A stretch of DNA of 60,668 nt, the filler included, from Sphacelaria rigidula (lineage: Eukaryota): the NCBI GenBank assembly GCA_964200075.2. It is 10 parts of 10 records of this genome, joined end to end, with 100 filler letters (N's around TTAATTAATTAA, not from the genome) between each part and the next. Parts side by side here need not be neighbours in the genome. Positions count along the whole stretch, not along the records: positions 48,617 to 54,592 come from CAXNAA020023066.1; positions 54,693 to 60,668 come from CAXNAA020023067.1; 8 more parts are not named here. One strand, given 5' to 3'. The notes under the pieces are model-generated. The model did no database searches. It saw only the letters and a program-made list of their open reading frames with translations, and had not been told where the DNA came from. Shown here one piece after another: positions 50,034 to 60,668 of the stretch. Both the position numbers and the translations under genes were made by a program. Each line of letters begins with the position of its first letter. Within the stretch, counting starts at the first letter, position 1.

Positions 50034-51411
50034 TCATATCCCTTCACTCTCCAAATAGTCAAAATGCCGCGGCCGTTTTACAGCGGGGGACACCCTGGGC
50101 CCCACCCTGTCATCCTCCTCCGCGCTGTCTCCTTCCTCGTGATACCCCCCGACGAAGGGCACCGAAAACCCTCCGCTGCCGACACCGCCTCCGCCGCTGC
50201 TGCCACTCCCTTCTGCGCCACCCGCACCCCACGGGTTCCACAAATCGTCGTCTCTATGCATGCCAATATTTCTGCCATCCGCACTACTACCACTCCTTCC
50301 ATCGTTGACGGTCTGCTGATGTTTTCGTTTCTGCTGACCGCTGCCGCCGCTGTTTCCGCCACTCCCGCCACCGTCGCCCTCTCCGTACGGATCCCGCGGA
50401 CTACCACCGCTTGAGAACCCCATAGCTTGACGTGGGCCGGCAGCCGCCGAGTGATGCTGCTGCTGCTGCATCGCCATGTGCACCGACATGGGCTGCGGGG
50501 CCGTCGACGTGTGTTGAGGGGCATACCCATGCGCACCACCGAAGCCATCAGACACCGCCACCCCGCCTCGGCCTCCTCCTGCTCCCACAGACCCCCCGTG
50601 CCCCCTACCCCGCCCCCTTCCAGCGCCCGCCCCTCGGCCAACAGTCGCGCCGCCTTCTCCTTCCCTCCCACTAGCCCTTCCTCCTACCCGTCCTCCGCGC
50701 TCAGCCCTCCCCCCCCGACTGCCCCTACCCCCTCCTCGGCTGCCCCTACCTCCTCCCCGGCTGCCCCTACCTCCTCCCCGGCTGCTTCTACCGCCACCGG
50801 GGTCGGCGGAACCACCACCGCGTCCTCTGCCCCGACCTCCGCCGGCGACAGGGCTGCTATTGCTACCGCCCTCTGTCCGACCATCCACCGTCGCCGTCGC
50901 CGCAGTGGTCTTCTTCTTCTTCTTGGATGATTCCGAGCCTGGTCCACCGCCCGAGCTCGAGCCCGAGCCGCGGGGTGAAGCCACAGCCGCAGCCGGGGCT
51001 GCCGAGCCATTACTACTACCGGCACCTCCAGTTTCTCCGCCACCGTCACCTAGTGCCGTGGCTTTCCCGAAAGACGACGGCGATACAGGCCTTGTTTGGG
51101 CTCCAGGTAGCCCCGCCGCCGAGCCTGTGGTCGGCCCTGCTGGCCGGGGGCTCTTGCTTCCCCTTCCGCCCGAGCTTCCCCTTCCACCCGACGCACCGAC
51201 TCCGCGCCCCCTTCCCATGCCCCGTCCTCTACTCGAGCCACGGCCTCGGCCGGCCGGCGGCGTGGATCCGCGGCCGCTGCCGCTGCCCGAGCCGCGTGGA
51301 GAAGAGTTGTTGGAGCCGGTCACAGGAGTCGGGAGAGGTGCTGGCTGTATCACTTGTCGTACGGCTCGCTCGGCAATGGCTGATGCTGCCCTGCATTGCT
51401 CAATTATCAGT
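50034..51411 (-). CDS. Terminal exon of a bromodomain protein (BRWD/PHIP-like): last bromodomain helix plus ~440-aa Gly/Arg/Ser-rich tail
   Basis: CACAG acceptor at 51412-51416; 1 nt completes the Thr codon from the upstream exon, then LIIEQCRAASAIAERAVRQVIQPAP... open to KRPRHFDYLESEGI*. Confidence 0.8.
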
Positions 51412-52579
51412 CTGTGCGCAATAGGGAGGGGGGGCGACGGGGCGGGGGATAGATCGGGGGACGGTATGAGCGCGGCGAGGGTGGGGAGAGTGAGTATTGT
51501 TGAGCTACTGGATAGGTCCGTAAGGTTGTTGGGAATCGACGGTGAGAACGTAAATTGGGATAATAGAGAGTTTAAGAGAACGTTTTTTTTCCCATCTGAG
51601 AGCGATTTTTTCAGAGTCAGAGTGCCGTTTGCACCTCTTCACTCTGAAAACCGTTGTTTCTCTTCAGAGTTCATGGCGGAACGAGAAAAAACCACGCTCA
51701 TCTTCCATCACCATGGTCACGTCCAGTCCAAAATCAACGCACCCCAACAAGCAAAGTGGGACACTCATCATCCATCACAACTGCCATGCTCATCACAATG
51801 CGCCATTCACGAAGTAGAAAAGCTCGGCATCGCAATCAGAAGGCCTCCCTGACGCCGCCATGGCATCGGCATTCGCTTGATTGTGTTGCGTCAAAATTCA
51901 AATGCTCGGCGGGTACCTGTACACGTTGCCTCGGGTGCAGTTCCTCGCTCTTACCAGCTTCAGCTGGAAGAAGACGGTGGGAACGATTCGCTGTCTACTG
52001 TGCACAAGGAGTACTACACCTGGCTACATTGCGCTTCCGTTAACTAGAGGTCATGACGTCTTGCAGCACCGTTATGGATGGTATGTTGAAAAAAAATCAC
52101 AATGCGGCGGCCCAAGTCTGTTGTCTGAAAGTGCTGCGTACCGTACTGCACTACTCTTTGTACAACTGACTCTCGGTACGGTATCGCTGTACAGTAGTTC
52201 ACCGCATCGCAATACACTGTTGTAGGGTTCTGTATTGCACTCTCTGTACTCCACGCTGCACAGCACTACAGCACTACAGTGTCATATACTGCGCCGTAGT
52301 GGAATGAAGTAATGCAGGTGCAGTGAACAAGCGTAGTGTACGGTGCGTACGGTGCCGCAGTGTACGACGGTACATTCAGTGTTGTGGCGGCCTATGCATT
52401 TTCGAACTGGACGCTGGTCGATCGTACATTTGGCGGGGCAACCTGCGGCCAATCACTGCGACAAAAAAAAAAAAAACACGTCAAGCCACGTCACACCAGC
52501 TTCCGCTGTGAACTTTTGAACGTCCACTCTGCACTCTGACTCTATGATTTCAAAAAACATGTTCAAAAAGTCTCGAATA

Positions 52580-52583
<4 letters not shown>

Positions 52584-52616
<33 letters not shown>
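52584..52616. repeat. (GA)n microsatellite (intronic)
   Basis: Directly visible. Confidence 0.95.
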
Positions 52617-52619
<3 letters not shown>

Positions 52620-52822
52620 GGGCGATGCGCTGAGTGAAAACAGGAGCATAGTGTATATTCAGTGTGCACAATAGAGGATGCACTTCCACCGAAGCTTGCC
52701 GACCCGACCGGATATCCTCCCCTCTCAGTTCTTCATGTTTCCTCATTTGTAGTCATTCGCCACTCTGGCAGCAAAAAAAACTTGTTTTCACTTTCGACAC
52801 AAAACCAGGCGATCGAATCTCA

Positions 52823-52867
52823 CAAGACAAAGACAAAGACAAAGACAAAGACAAAGACAAAGACAAC
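52823..52867. repeat. (AAAGAC)n microsatellite (intronic)
   Basis: About 7 units directly visible. Confidence 0.95.
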
Positions 52868-53072
52868 ACCCACAGGAACAAAACATGGCCGGTCAAGATA
52901 GACCCAATATGTCACCAGTACCAAACACCCACATAAACATCTCCAAGTGCTCGATTAAAAAAAATCCAGATCGTTTAAATAAATCAGGATGACTCGATCG
53001 AGCGAAAAATAAATTAATTAATTAATTAATCAATTAAACAAAAAAACGTAATTGTGGAAAAAGACAACTCAC

Positions 53073-53206
53073 GTTCCCGCAGGGTTGTATGTACCGCAGT
53101 TGGCCTCGAGGAGACGTAGGTCCGACAAGACAGCCTCTGCACGGCGATAGTACCGCCTCCTCAGCCGCTCTTGGATCATCTTAAGGTGAATCGGCAGCGC
53201 GATCTC
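53073..53206 (-). CDS. Bromodomain exon (BRWD1/PHIP/WDR9-like C-terminal bromodomain)
   Basis: GCAG|EIALPIHLKMIQERLRRRYYRRAEAVLSDLRLLEANCGTYNPAG-AC|GTGAGT; matches the P-x-x-L-x-x-I-x-x-RL-x-x-x-YYR...D...NC-x-x-YN pattern; 134 nt, phase compatible with the 51411 exon. WD40 part not in the contig, so the subfamily is inferred. Confidence 0.85.
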
Positions 53207-54109
53207 CTGCTCACGAACCATCGCACACGTCATTCATTCGATAATAAATTTTGTATTCTTCAGTGTAGAACCGCTTATATATCTTATCCCCTGTAGGAGG
53301 GGGGGGGGGGGGAGGGGCGTACTCATTTGTTGCTTGCCTTAGCCGTTTGACCATTGACCACGCATCCCTTTCGAGACGGAGCACGGGGACGGGGACGGGG
53401 ACGGGGACGGGGTCGGGGGATTTTATTTTTCTCAAGCCACCCTTTCAACCCTCATCCTCTTCCCGGCGATGAAGCCGTGGTCTCAAGGGATTGGCCCATC
53501 TCTCTCCCTCCAACACACATCTCGCTTGTTGGTCTCGAGGATTGGATCATGACCAGCTCAATCCTACATCGTGTAGAGTGTCATCAAACAAACTCTTGCT
53601 GCCACCACTGACGTCCTCGTCATGCTTTCAACGACGGAAATGGCGACATACTTTGAATAACACCTCCAACCCCAAACATGCTCTGTCTCGCAAGGGATGC
53701 ATTGTCAATGGTCAAACGACTAAAATAAGGCAAGCAACAAATGAGTTCGCCCCCCAGAGCCTGGTATAGATATAGGCCTGGCCTATATATACCCCCCTGT
53801 ACTGTATGATATTCCATATACCTTGGTTATGTTTTTTTGGAGGGTATATGCTATAAAATGATATTTTTCATGACTTTATATCATATACCCTATATGGAAC
53901 TTTTTCAGCAAAACGTGACTAGAAGGGTGTATGATATGTGGGACATGATATATAGGCCTATACCAGGTGATATGTATAACCTCGGAGCAGATGTGTTTGG
54001 TGGAGTCACCAATACAATTGCCACACTGAGGACAGTTCCCAACCAACGGCAGGTACTGATGTGACACGGCAACAGGTACATAGGTGCGAGAGTATCACTG
54101 GAAAACGTG

Positions 54110-54592
54110 GCATATATTGTATGTGCAGGGACTATATATCATAGTATGTAATACACCACATTATGATGCTCCAAATAGGTTAAATAGCAGGTTATTTCAT
54201 CATCATATAGGTCAGATGCCAGGTGATACACGTCGCGCAGCCCAAAAATCACGTGAGTTTTTTTTTCCCCCTCACACTTTGAACCCCTCCGCTTCCTCGG
54301 GATGTCTCTTTGGTGTCAAGGGATCAACTCTTCTCTCCCCCGGTACGTGCCTCGCATTTTGGTCTCGCGGATTGTGACATATATTGTAATATATGCCGGG
54401 ACTATATATCATATTATGTAATACACCACATTATTATGTTCCAAATAGGTTGAAGAGCAGGTTATTTCATCATATAGGTCAGATGCCAGGTGATACACGT
54501 CACACAGGCCAAAAATCACGTGAGTGTTTCTTTTTTCCTCACACTTTGAACCCTTCCCCTTCCTCGGGATGAGTCCGTGGTCTCAAGGGATC
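54110..54592. repeat. Tandem duplication of ~265 bp
   Basis: CATATATTGTA...GGGACTATATATCATA...GGTCAGATGCCAGGTGATACACGTC...TCAAGGGATC occurs at 54110-54325 and 54378-54592. Confidence 0.85.
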
Positions 54593-55142
54593 NNNNNNNN
54601 NNNNNNNNNNNNNNNNNNNNNNNNNNNNNNNNNNNNTTAATTAATTAANNNNNNNNNNNNNNNNNNNNNNNNNNNNNNNNNNNNNNNNNNNNATGAGATC
54701 GATAGCCAAGGTACATGAGGACCGGTCACCGTTGCTCGCAGTAGATGACGGAACAGATCATAGCTTCAAGTGCAGAATATTGCGCTGTGTGCGTGTGGAG
54801 ACCCGTGTCCCGGGGGCAGGATATGAAGAAGAGGCTTAATGATGTTTTGACGATTGTACCGATGCGGTAGAACGGGCAAAAGACTACCTCCACCGTCGAA
54901 GAACAGATACGAAGACACTCATTTACGTTTTCCACCCACAGCAACGGATAGGAACCCGATACCTGGGGACACAAAGACTTGCGACGGACACACACGAGTG
55001 TTCGCAACCATGAATACAGTACATTTGCATCGCAGAAACACCCACTGTACGGAACAGGGTCCAGAAACAACAACTGCAAAAAATATTCATTCCCCCTCCT
55101 TCGTGGGCAACAACGAGGCAGGCAACACCTGCAGTGTACTTA

Positions 55143-55857
55143 CTCCCTCTGGGCGGATTTATAAGCAAGGTTCGGACCAAAAGCGGTCTAACTCGGGCAT
55201 ATGAAGGTCTTTTTCCGAACCGTTTTTCATTATTGTTTTTGGACCGCCGCTGCGGAACGCACAGAGCCGCTGTCTTCTAAAGGTCGCACCGAAAAAATTT
55301 GATCACACCCCAGCAGAAGTTGCTCGAAATCACCACCCCAACTTTAGACCACCGCCCAAAAGCCTTCCCATCTGCTGGTGAGACATGTCTGCCGCTGACA
55401 ACGCCTCTCAGGAGCAAAAACACAAGAATTTGGGTGATCCAGAGAGAGAAGAAGTCATTTGGTACCTCTTGACGCGCAGCGTCGATGGGGTTCTGAAGCG
55501 TGCTCTACGGTGCCCCAAACCGGGGATGATAATGAAGTATCTCCCCCTTTTCGAGAGGGGATTCTTTATTTTTTTGCATCAAATGTCGTGCCCCATTCAT
55601 ACAGGGTATTCCGGGTTGTGAAACCTGTGACGAGGCTTGTTTATCCGTCGCTGGGTACAAAAAAGCTGGATCTCCACCGAAATGACTAACCAGGGGATTT
55701 TTACGCACAATTCCCCCCCCCCAACCTCATCGATTTTTTTTTTTCCCCAAGGTGGTACCTGATGATATATAAACGTTGTCCGATGGTCCACAGTGCCCAG
55801 ACGACCTGTTTGGGGCCATATCATACCAACCTTGCTTATAAATCCGCCCACAGGGAG
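55143..55857 (+). mobile_element. Internally deleted mariner (Stowaway/DD39D-like) element
   Basis: TA|CTCCCTCTGGGCGGATTTATAAGCAAGGTT ... AACCTTGCTTATAAATCCGCCCACAGGGAG|TA; truncated transposase-like start at 55385 (KHKNLGDPEREEVIWYLLTRSVDGVLKR). Confidence 0.85.
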
Positions 55858-56389
55858 TAGTGGATATATAAGAGAAACGGAAGAAGTAAGGCAACAATCG
55901 ACCAATAGTAGCGACCGATATCCCCCGAAACACGGACAACCCCGGATTCAACATCACAGACATGACCCATTGTACGAAACGGGCTCCAGAAATAGCAGGA
56001 CAGTTGAGCACACGATAACCGCAACGTGGCATTTCTCCCGCATCGCCGCCACGATCAGTAGATCGACCAGGACCGACAGCCAAGGTACATAAGCACCGGC
56101 CATAGCTGTGTTCGTTGTGTAAGCTCATGGACTGAGCACGGTAGCAAATCTGGATCATGGACACTTTCATTGAGTGAAATTGATGTCACCTCATCAGATT
56201 ACCTGATTTTCGCCGTCAAATGGTTGCTTCGATTTTCAGATGTTCTTTTTTTTGTTTCGTCTACAGCCCGAAGTGCAAGATGGATAATGAGTATGTACGA
56301 AGGCTCAACACAAGGCATCACAATCAAAAGTGAACCTGAGGAACTGACCGCCCCCGCAAACCAAGAATATTGGCAACGAATTTGACCAT

Positions 56390-56660
56390 CTGACCGCCAT
56401 GATAGGTTATCTGTTGTTCAATCGGCATCAGTTACTTGGGCTTCACAAAGTACAGCGTGGTCCAGATGACCTACCCTACCGGTCAAAGGATTAACCCTTT
56501 TGCGACGGGATCCCCCAAAACATGTGATATGCACGCAGGCGCCTTTTTATGAATCGATATCATTTTTAATCGTTTTCAACTAAAAATATTACCGATTGAT
56601 GGAAACGCCCCTGCGTGCAAACCACATGTTTCTGGGATTCCGTGTAACACAGAAGGGACG
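56390..56660. mobile_element. Degenerate 98-bp piggyBac-type MITE abutting a third TTAA-CCCTT MITE
   Basis: AATCGGCATCA core ending GGTCAAAGGA|TTAA (56491-56494)|CCCTTTTGCGACGGGATCCCCCAAAACATGTG ... CACATGTTTCTGGGATTCCGTG...AAGGG. Further 98-bp-type copies at ~57166-57258 and 57632-57705. Confidence 0.65.
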
Positions 56661-58596
56661 TCAACACAGGAAATTCTGTGGTGGTCGCCTTACTTTTCAT
56701 CGCGAGAGGGATTCAGCGGTCCCTTTCGCTCGTCGACCGTGAAACCGAATTCTGAGAATAGAAGATACGATTGAGAGTGAAAAGCGTTCAATCAGTCAAT
56801 AAATCGTTTCAGTTCCGAAATGCCCCTCCACGAGGCTCAAGATGCTCTCTGTCCTGTAGGAGCTTGCCACTGAGACCCTTGATACCCCTGAGCAAGGAGG
56901 TGACTTTAAATTTCCGAGAACTATATGTCAACTACCGAGTGGTAAAGTCTACTGTGAGCAAGATATCGACGTGTAGCTGTATGCACACGTCAGTGCCAGA
57001 GGCGAAGAAAAGCACGCACGGAATGGAAAACTGGCTTCGTTGAAGCGAATAGTCAAAGTCACTCTCAACCAGCGCTCTACTCTCAATCTCACGAAAACAT
57101 TGTAGTCGCTGTCCACTGTTGAACATGGTGTGAGATAAAATTCCAGAGCCCGACACATAAAATGTTCAACCCTTGGATAGCGACAGCAGGTCATCTGTTG
57201 AATCGGCATCAATTTCACTTGAGGAAAGTGTAGACTATGTTCGCGGTCTAAGGCTTAAACTTGAGAATTTCCGCGGCGCATGATGAAAATTTAAAAAAAA
57301 AACAGTTGCAACCAGATATGTTCGGGAAAAAACTGTGCAGAATACAAACAGAGCACACACGCGGGCAGAGACATTGAGAAAGTTCGCGACTCATTATAGC
57401 CCAGACGTTCTGTTCTATAGACTTCTGTTCTGTACACTGGGAGAGTTCGCGAATCATGCCGATGGCTTCGCCGTGTGTAAATGCAGTCGTCTTTCTTTTT
57501 GTTGGCGGTGTCGCAGCAATTTTTTTTCTTGAAGCCATTACAATGAATGGTGTGGAGTGATGGGTGGGGGCACGGGCAAGCTAGGGTCGGCAGGCACTCG
57601 ATGAAATTCTGGAGCCCGACGCATAAAATGTTCAACCCTTCGACAGCGAGAGCAGGTCATTTGTTGAATCGGCATCAATTTCACTTGAGAAAAGTGTGGA
57701 CTACGTTCAGAGAAGTTGAGAAAGTTCGCGACTCGTGCTCGCCGTCATCTAAAAGCAAGTGAAAACCGTGCACGTGTCTCAGAGCTTCTGGCAACGATTC
57801 TGACAGTACTAAACGTAGAAAACGGCGGAGCGATTGAAAGGCATGTACGGGTCTACCGCCACGCCGAGAAAAAAATGAAACGATGCTCCCGAATCCTCCT
57901 GAAGGGAAATCATGAGCTGCTTTGCTTGAGATGTAATGCTGCCTTGTCGGAGCTCGAGATCGCTGTACTCATGGTCGCCTCTCTGAGCTTTTGACAAGGA
58001 CCGAATGACACCATTTCGCCGTACTCTAAAATCAAGTAAGAGGCAATACTGCGTTCTCAGAGCTTCTGGGAGAATGAAATGGGCGCGAAAAAAGGTACTC
58101 TAAAATCAAGTGAAAAAGATGGAATACTCTTCAACGGCGAAAATGATAAATGAGTTAATTGATATATATATTGTACAATCAGCAATGGGCTGAATTGCTG
58201 TGATTCTCCGTCCATCGATATAAATCAATGCGTGTCGAAGCCTCCTGTTTCCCCTAGTCTTGAACAGCGATTTCGTCTTCCATCTTAGCATCATGTAAAA
58301 CCTCTCGCCTGCCTCGCCCACCCTGGGGCACGTCGTAGGGGCCTTCGCCCCCCTCCGGCGCAGCCATCTCGTGTACATAAAACGATACTACAAACTCTTG
58401 AAAAACTGAGACACAGGCACATAGTATCTGAAAAACAAGGAGCTGAAATACTGGTGCCTACATCTACTATTAACTTTACAGATCTCCAATCTGGCACATA
58501 TGCACACGCCAGGGGAAAGGTGAAAAAAAAGAAGACAACAGCATCGAGAGCGGACACTCACACACGGACACAGGCACAGGCGAAGGTTTTGCTTAC

Positions 58597-58731
58597 CTTG
58601 TTTCGATCTAGGTGCAGCTCGTGTATGAGGGAAGCGATGGGGTTGCCGTTGGCAGTCTCTGCCTTCACCAGGTCGTCCAGATCTTGCCAGTTCATACCGT
58701 TTGCGAGAGCGCTGCGCACCACCATCAGCGC
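58597..58731 (-). CDS. NEMF: NEMF/Rqc2 (ribosome quality control subunit), internal exon
   Basis: CAG|ALMVVRSALANGMNWQDLDDLVKAETANGNPIASLIHELHLDRNK|GTAAGC; resembles the NEMF VRSALA..W..I...VK....G.P.AS.I..L.L..N block; 135 nt, phase 0/0. Confidence 0.88.
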
Positions 58732-59036
58732 CTGCCGGCAAAGAACACAGGCGCAGACACACACAAGGAATAAAAACAGCACTTCTGGAGTACAAGACAA
58801 GACACGCGGACGCACTCACAAATACATACACACACGCCCTCATGAGCAAAAACCATCAGAATTGAGTCAACAGCGACCAACACGCGGTCATCATCAGTCA
58901 GAGAAAGGTCTGCAGTGTGTTTTCTTTTATGCAACAAATCTACACCCGAAACAGGACCGAGCTAGAGAAAGTATCGACATCGACAACAACGACAACAGCA
59001 AAAACACGATGAAGAAAATAAATAAAAGGACGCGAC

Positions 59037-59186
59037 CTTTTCCACGTCGTCGGCCCAGGCCTCCGCGAGCTGCGCGTGCCTGAGCATCTTCTCCTGCCTC
59101 TCCTCCAGGGCACGGGCCCGTTTCTCCTGATCCTGTCGGATGAGCGCCACCTTCTTCTCCACCGCGGCGTCAGCCGCTACGGCCGC
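59037..59186 (-). CDS. NEMF: NEMF/Rqc2, internal coiled-coil exon
   Basis: ACAG|AAVAADAAVEKKVALIRQDQEKRARALEERQEKMLRHAQLAEAWADDVEK|GT; 150 nt, phase 0/0, joins the 58731 exon across a 305-nt intron. Confidence 0.85.
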
Positions 59187-60399
59187 CTGTTCCGAAAACG
59201 CGACGATTCGACACATATTGAATGCATATCGTGAACACCAAGCACCGTAGTGTAACGTCACGCCCTGAGCATGTGTGTGTGTGGACGTTTCCCTTCATAA
59301 CTTAGTCCCCCCCCACCCCACTCGCGCGGAGCCTGGTCCGGCGAGAACCCGGCGTGCTTTGTCCCGGCTTTGTAGGGATGCGAGGTCAATGGTCATATGA
59401 CTACGGCATGCAAGATCATGAGTACACCCCCGATCGCAAACTGCAAAAATCTTTCGTCTCACCGCCAGATCTTTCCCGAATACGACACATTTTGTTTTAC
59501 CGCCGCCACGGTCTACGATAAAAAAACAGGGCTGAAAATCCTCCGTCCGGTCACTGAAGGAATAGAGCAGGGTAACGGGTGTACTTGTTTGTTGCTTGCC
59601 TTAGTCACTTGACCGATGACAACGCATCCCTTTCGAGATGGATAAGGGCAGGGTGGGGGGGAGGTGGGTGATATATTTCGTACAACACCCACATTATCAT
59701 TATTTTCACGCCCTGCGTGTGTATGTGCGTGCGCCCGACACGAACGAGTACAACGTGCACACAGTGTATCGGGCGGTATCTCCACATCAATACGTTGGAC
59801 GTACGTACTCGTCCGAACATACAACACGCACGTCGAGTACTATAAATGTTACTGGTCCAAAACACACAACACGAACATCGAGTATATCAGTGAGTACCGG
59901 TACGCCATCCCCCCACAGCCGTGGCTCAGGAGGTCCTCAGAGCTTGTGAGGGCCTCCGGTAATCCTGAACGGCTGTGAATCTACCATCATAACCAAACCA
60001 AGAAGGGAAGGCAAAATGGAAGTTTTTTCGAGCCAGCCTTGATCGCCGAGCACCCCATGTAGTGCGTTCACATACGCAGTCAACCGTCGTCTTTTGGACT
60101 GCTGCATGAACCCTGCCACTCCCACCGCCCGCTCCCGCTTGCTGTTCTAGATACAGCCGCCCCCCCTCTCCGCCCAAGCAGGAAAAGGGGTGGGTAAGAT
60201 AGTAGTACGACAACATCGGATTCAAATTCCTGTTCGCTGGGGAGGGGACGGTCCTTCGTGCGACTTCGTTCAGTGCTTGTTTCCGGTGTTCACTCCAAAA
60301 CAGGTGGTAAATCACTTCGTGCTCGGCAGCACCCCCCCTACCCTACCCGCCCCTGTTTTTGCCTTCTAGAAACATCCCACAGCTTCGACAAAAAATACA

Positions 60400-60535
60400 T
60401 GATCGGTAGTTGCAATAGACTGGAACTACACTGCGTAGAGTATAGGTCTATTGCACCTATTGTGTCGGCCAACAATGGGCGCAATAGGCCTAGACTATAC
60501 GCGGTACAGTTTCCGTCTACTGCGACTATTGACCA
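60400..60535. repeat. Hairpin / MITE-like palindrome
   Basis: TAGTTGCAATAGAC...GCGTAGAGTATAGGTCTATTGCACCTATTGT pairs with ACAATGGGCGCAATAGGCCTAGACTATACGC...GTCTACTGCGACTA. Confidence 0.7.
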
Positions 60536-60668
60536 TATGCTTCCTCTGTCCCATAAGTCTGTATCGTTATGGACGTTTAATCGTGTGGGTATTTCAATGC
60601 TCACGATCATGCTACAGTTGGGCTCGTTAGAGAGATAACGTGCAGACGAAGCTGACTGAGAAAAAAAA

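Noticed and set aside
50860..51852. 330-aa Pro-rich plus-strand ORF
   Set aside because: Antisense shadow of the GC-rich Gly-rich exon; it continues into intron sequence.
51560..52575. Possible TIR element (GAG...CTC ends) in the bromodomain-gene intron
   Set aside because: TIR similarity is weak, with no TSD or transposase motif.
20962..59186. Flippase + kinase + bromodomain + NEMF as a functional gene cluster
   Set aside because: The genes lie on different contigs joined by artificial spacers.

Overview
Eukaryotic, repeat-rich, intron-rich DNA, most consistent with a brown alga or other ochrophyte (short GC-rich exons, long introns with GTGAGT/GTGCGC donors, a bipartite plastid-type presequence); the taxon is inferred, not proven. 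The window is NOT one locus. It is ten contigs (eight of 5977 bp, then two of 5976 bp, i.e. size-sorted) joined by identical 100-bp artificial spacers (44 N + TTAATTAATTAA + 44 N), so adjacency across spacers is meaningless. Recognisable gene fragments: two exons of a P4-type ATPase flippase (contig 4), the last exon of a PfkB-family sugar kinase (contig 6), the last two exons of a bromodomain (BRWD/PHIP-like) gene with a ~440-aa Gly/Arg-rich tail (contig 9), two exons of NEMF/Rqc2 (contig 10), and two tentative divergent first exons (contig 1). The rest is mostly mobile DNA: a decayed Copia LTR element with a half-tRNA-iMet PBS, deleted pogo-like and Stowaway/mariner elements, ~98-bp piggyBac-type MITEs in TTAA-linked arrays, a TA-targeting TIR element carrying a tRNA-like Pol III unit, a tRNA-derived SINE, a ~65-bp structured element tied to G/C runs, and several foldbacks. 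The most striking signals are an ~860-bp hairpin that is perfect at its apex and decays outward, the tRNA-carrying TIR element, and the tiny G-run-associated element. All calls are by eye, with no database searches.
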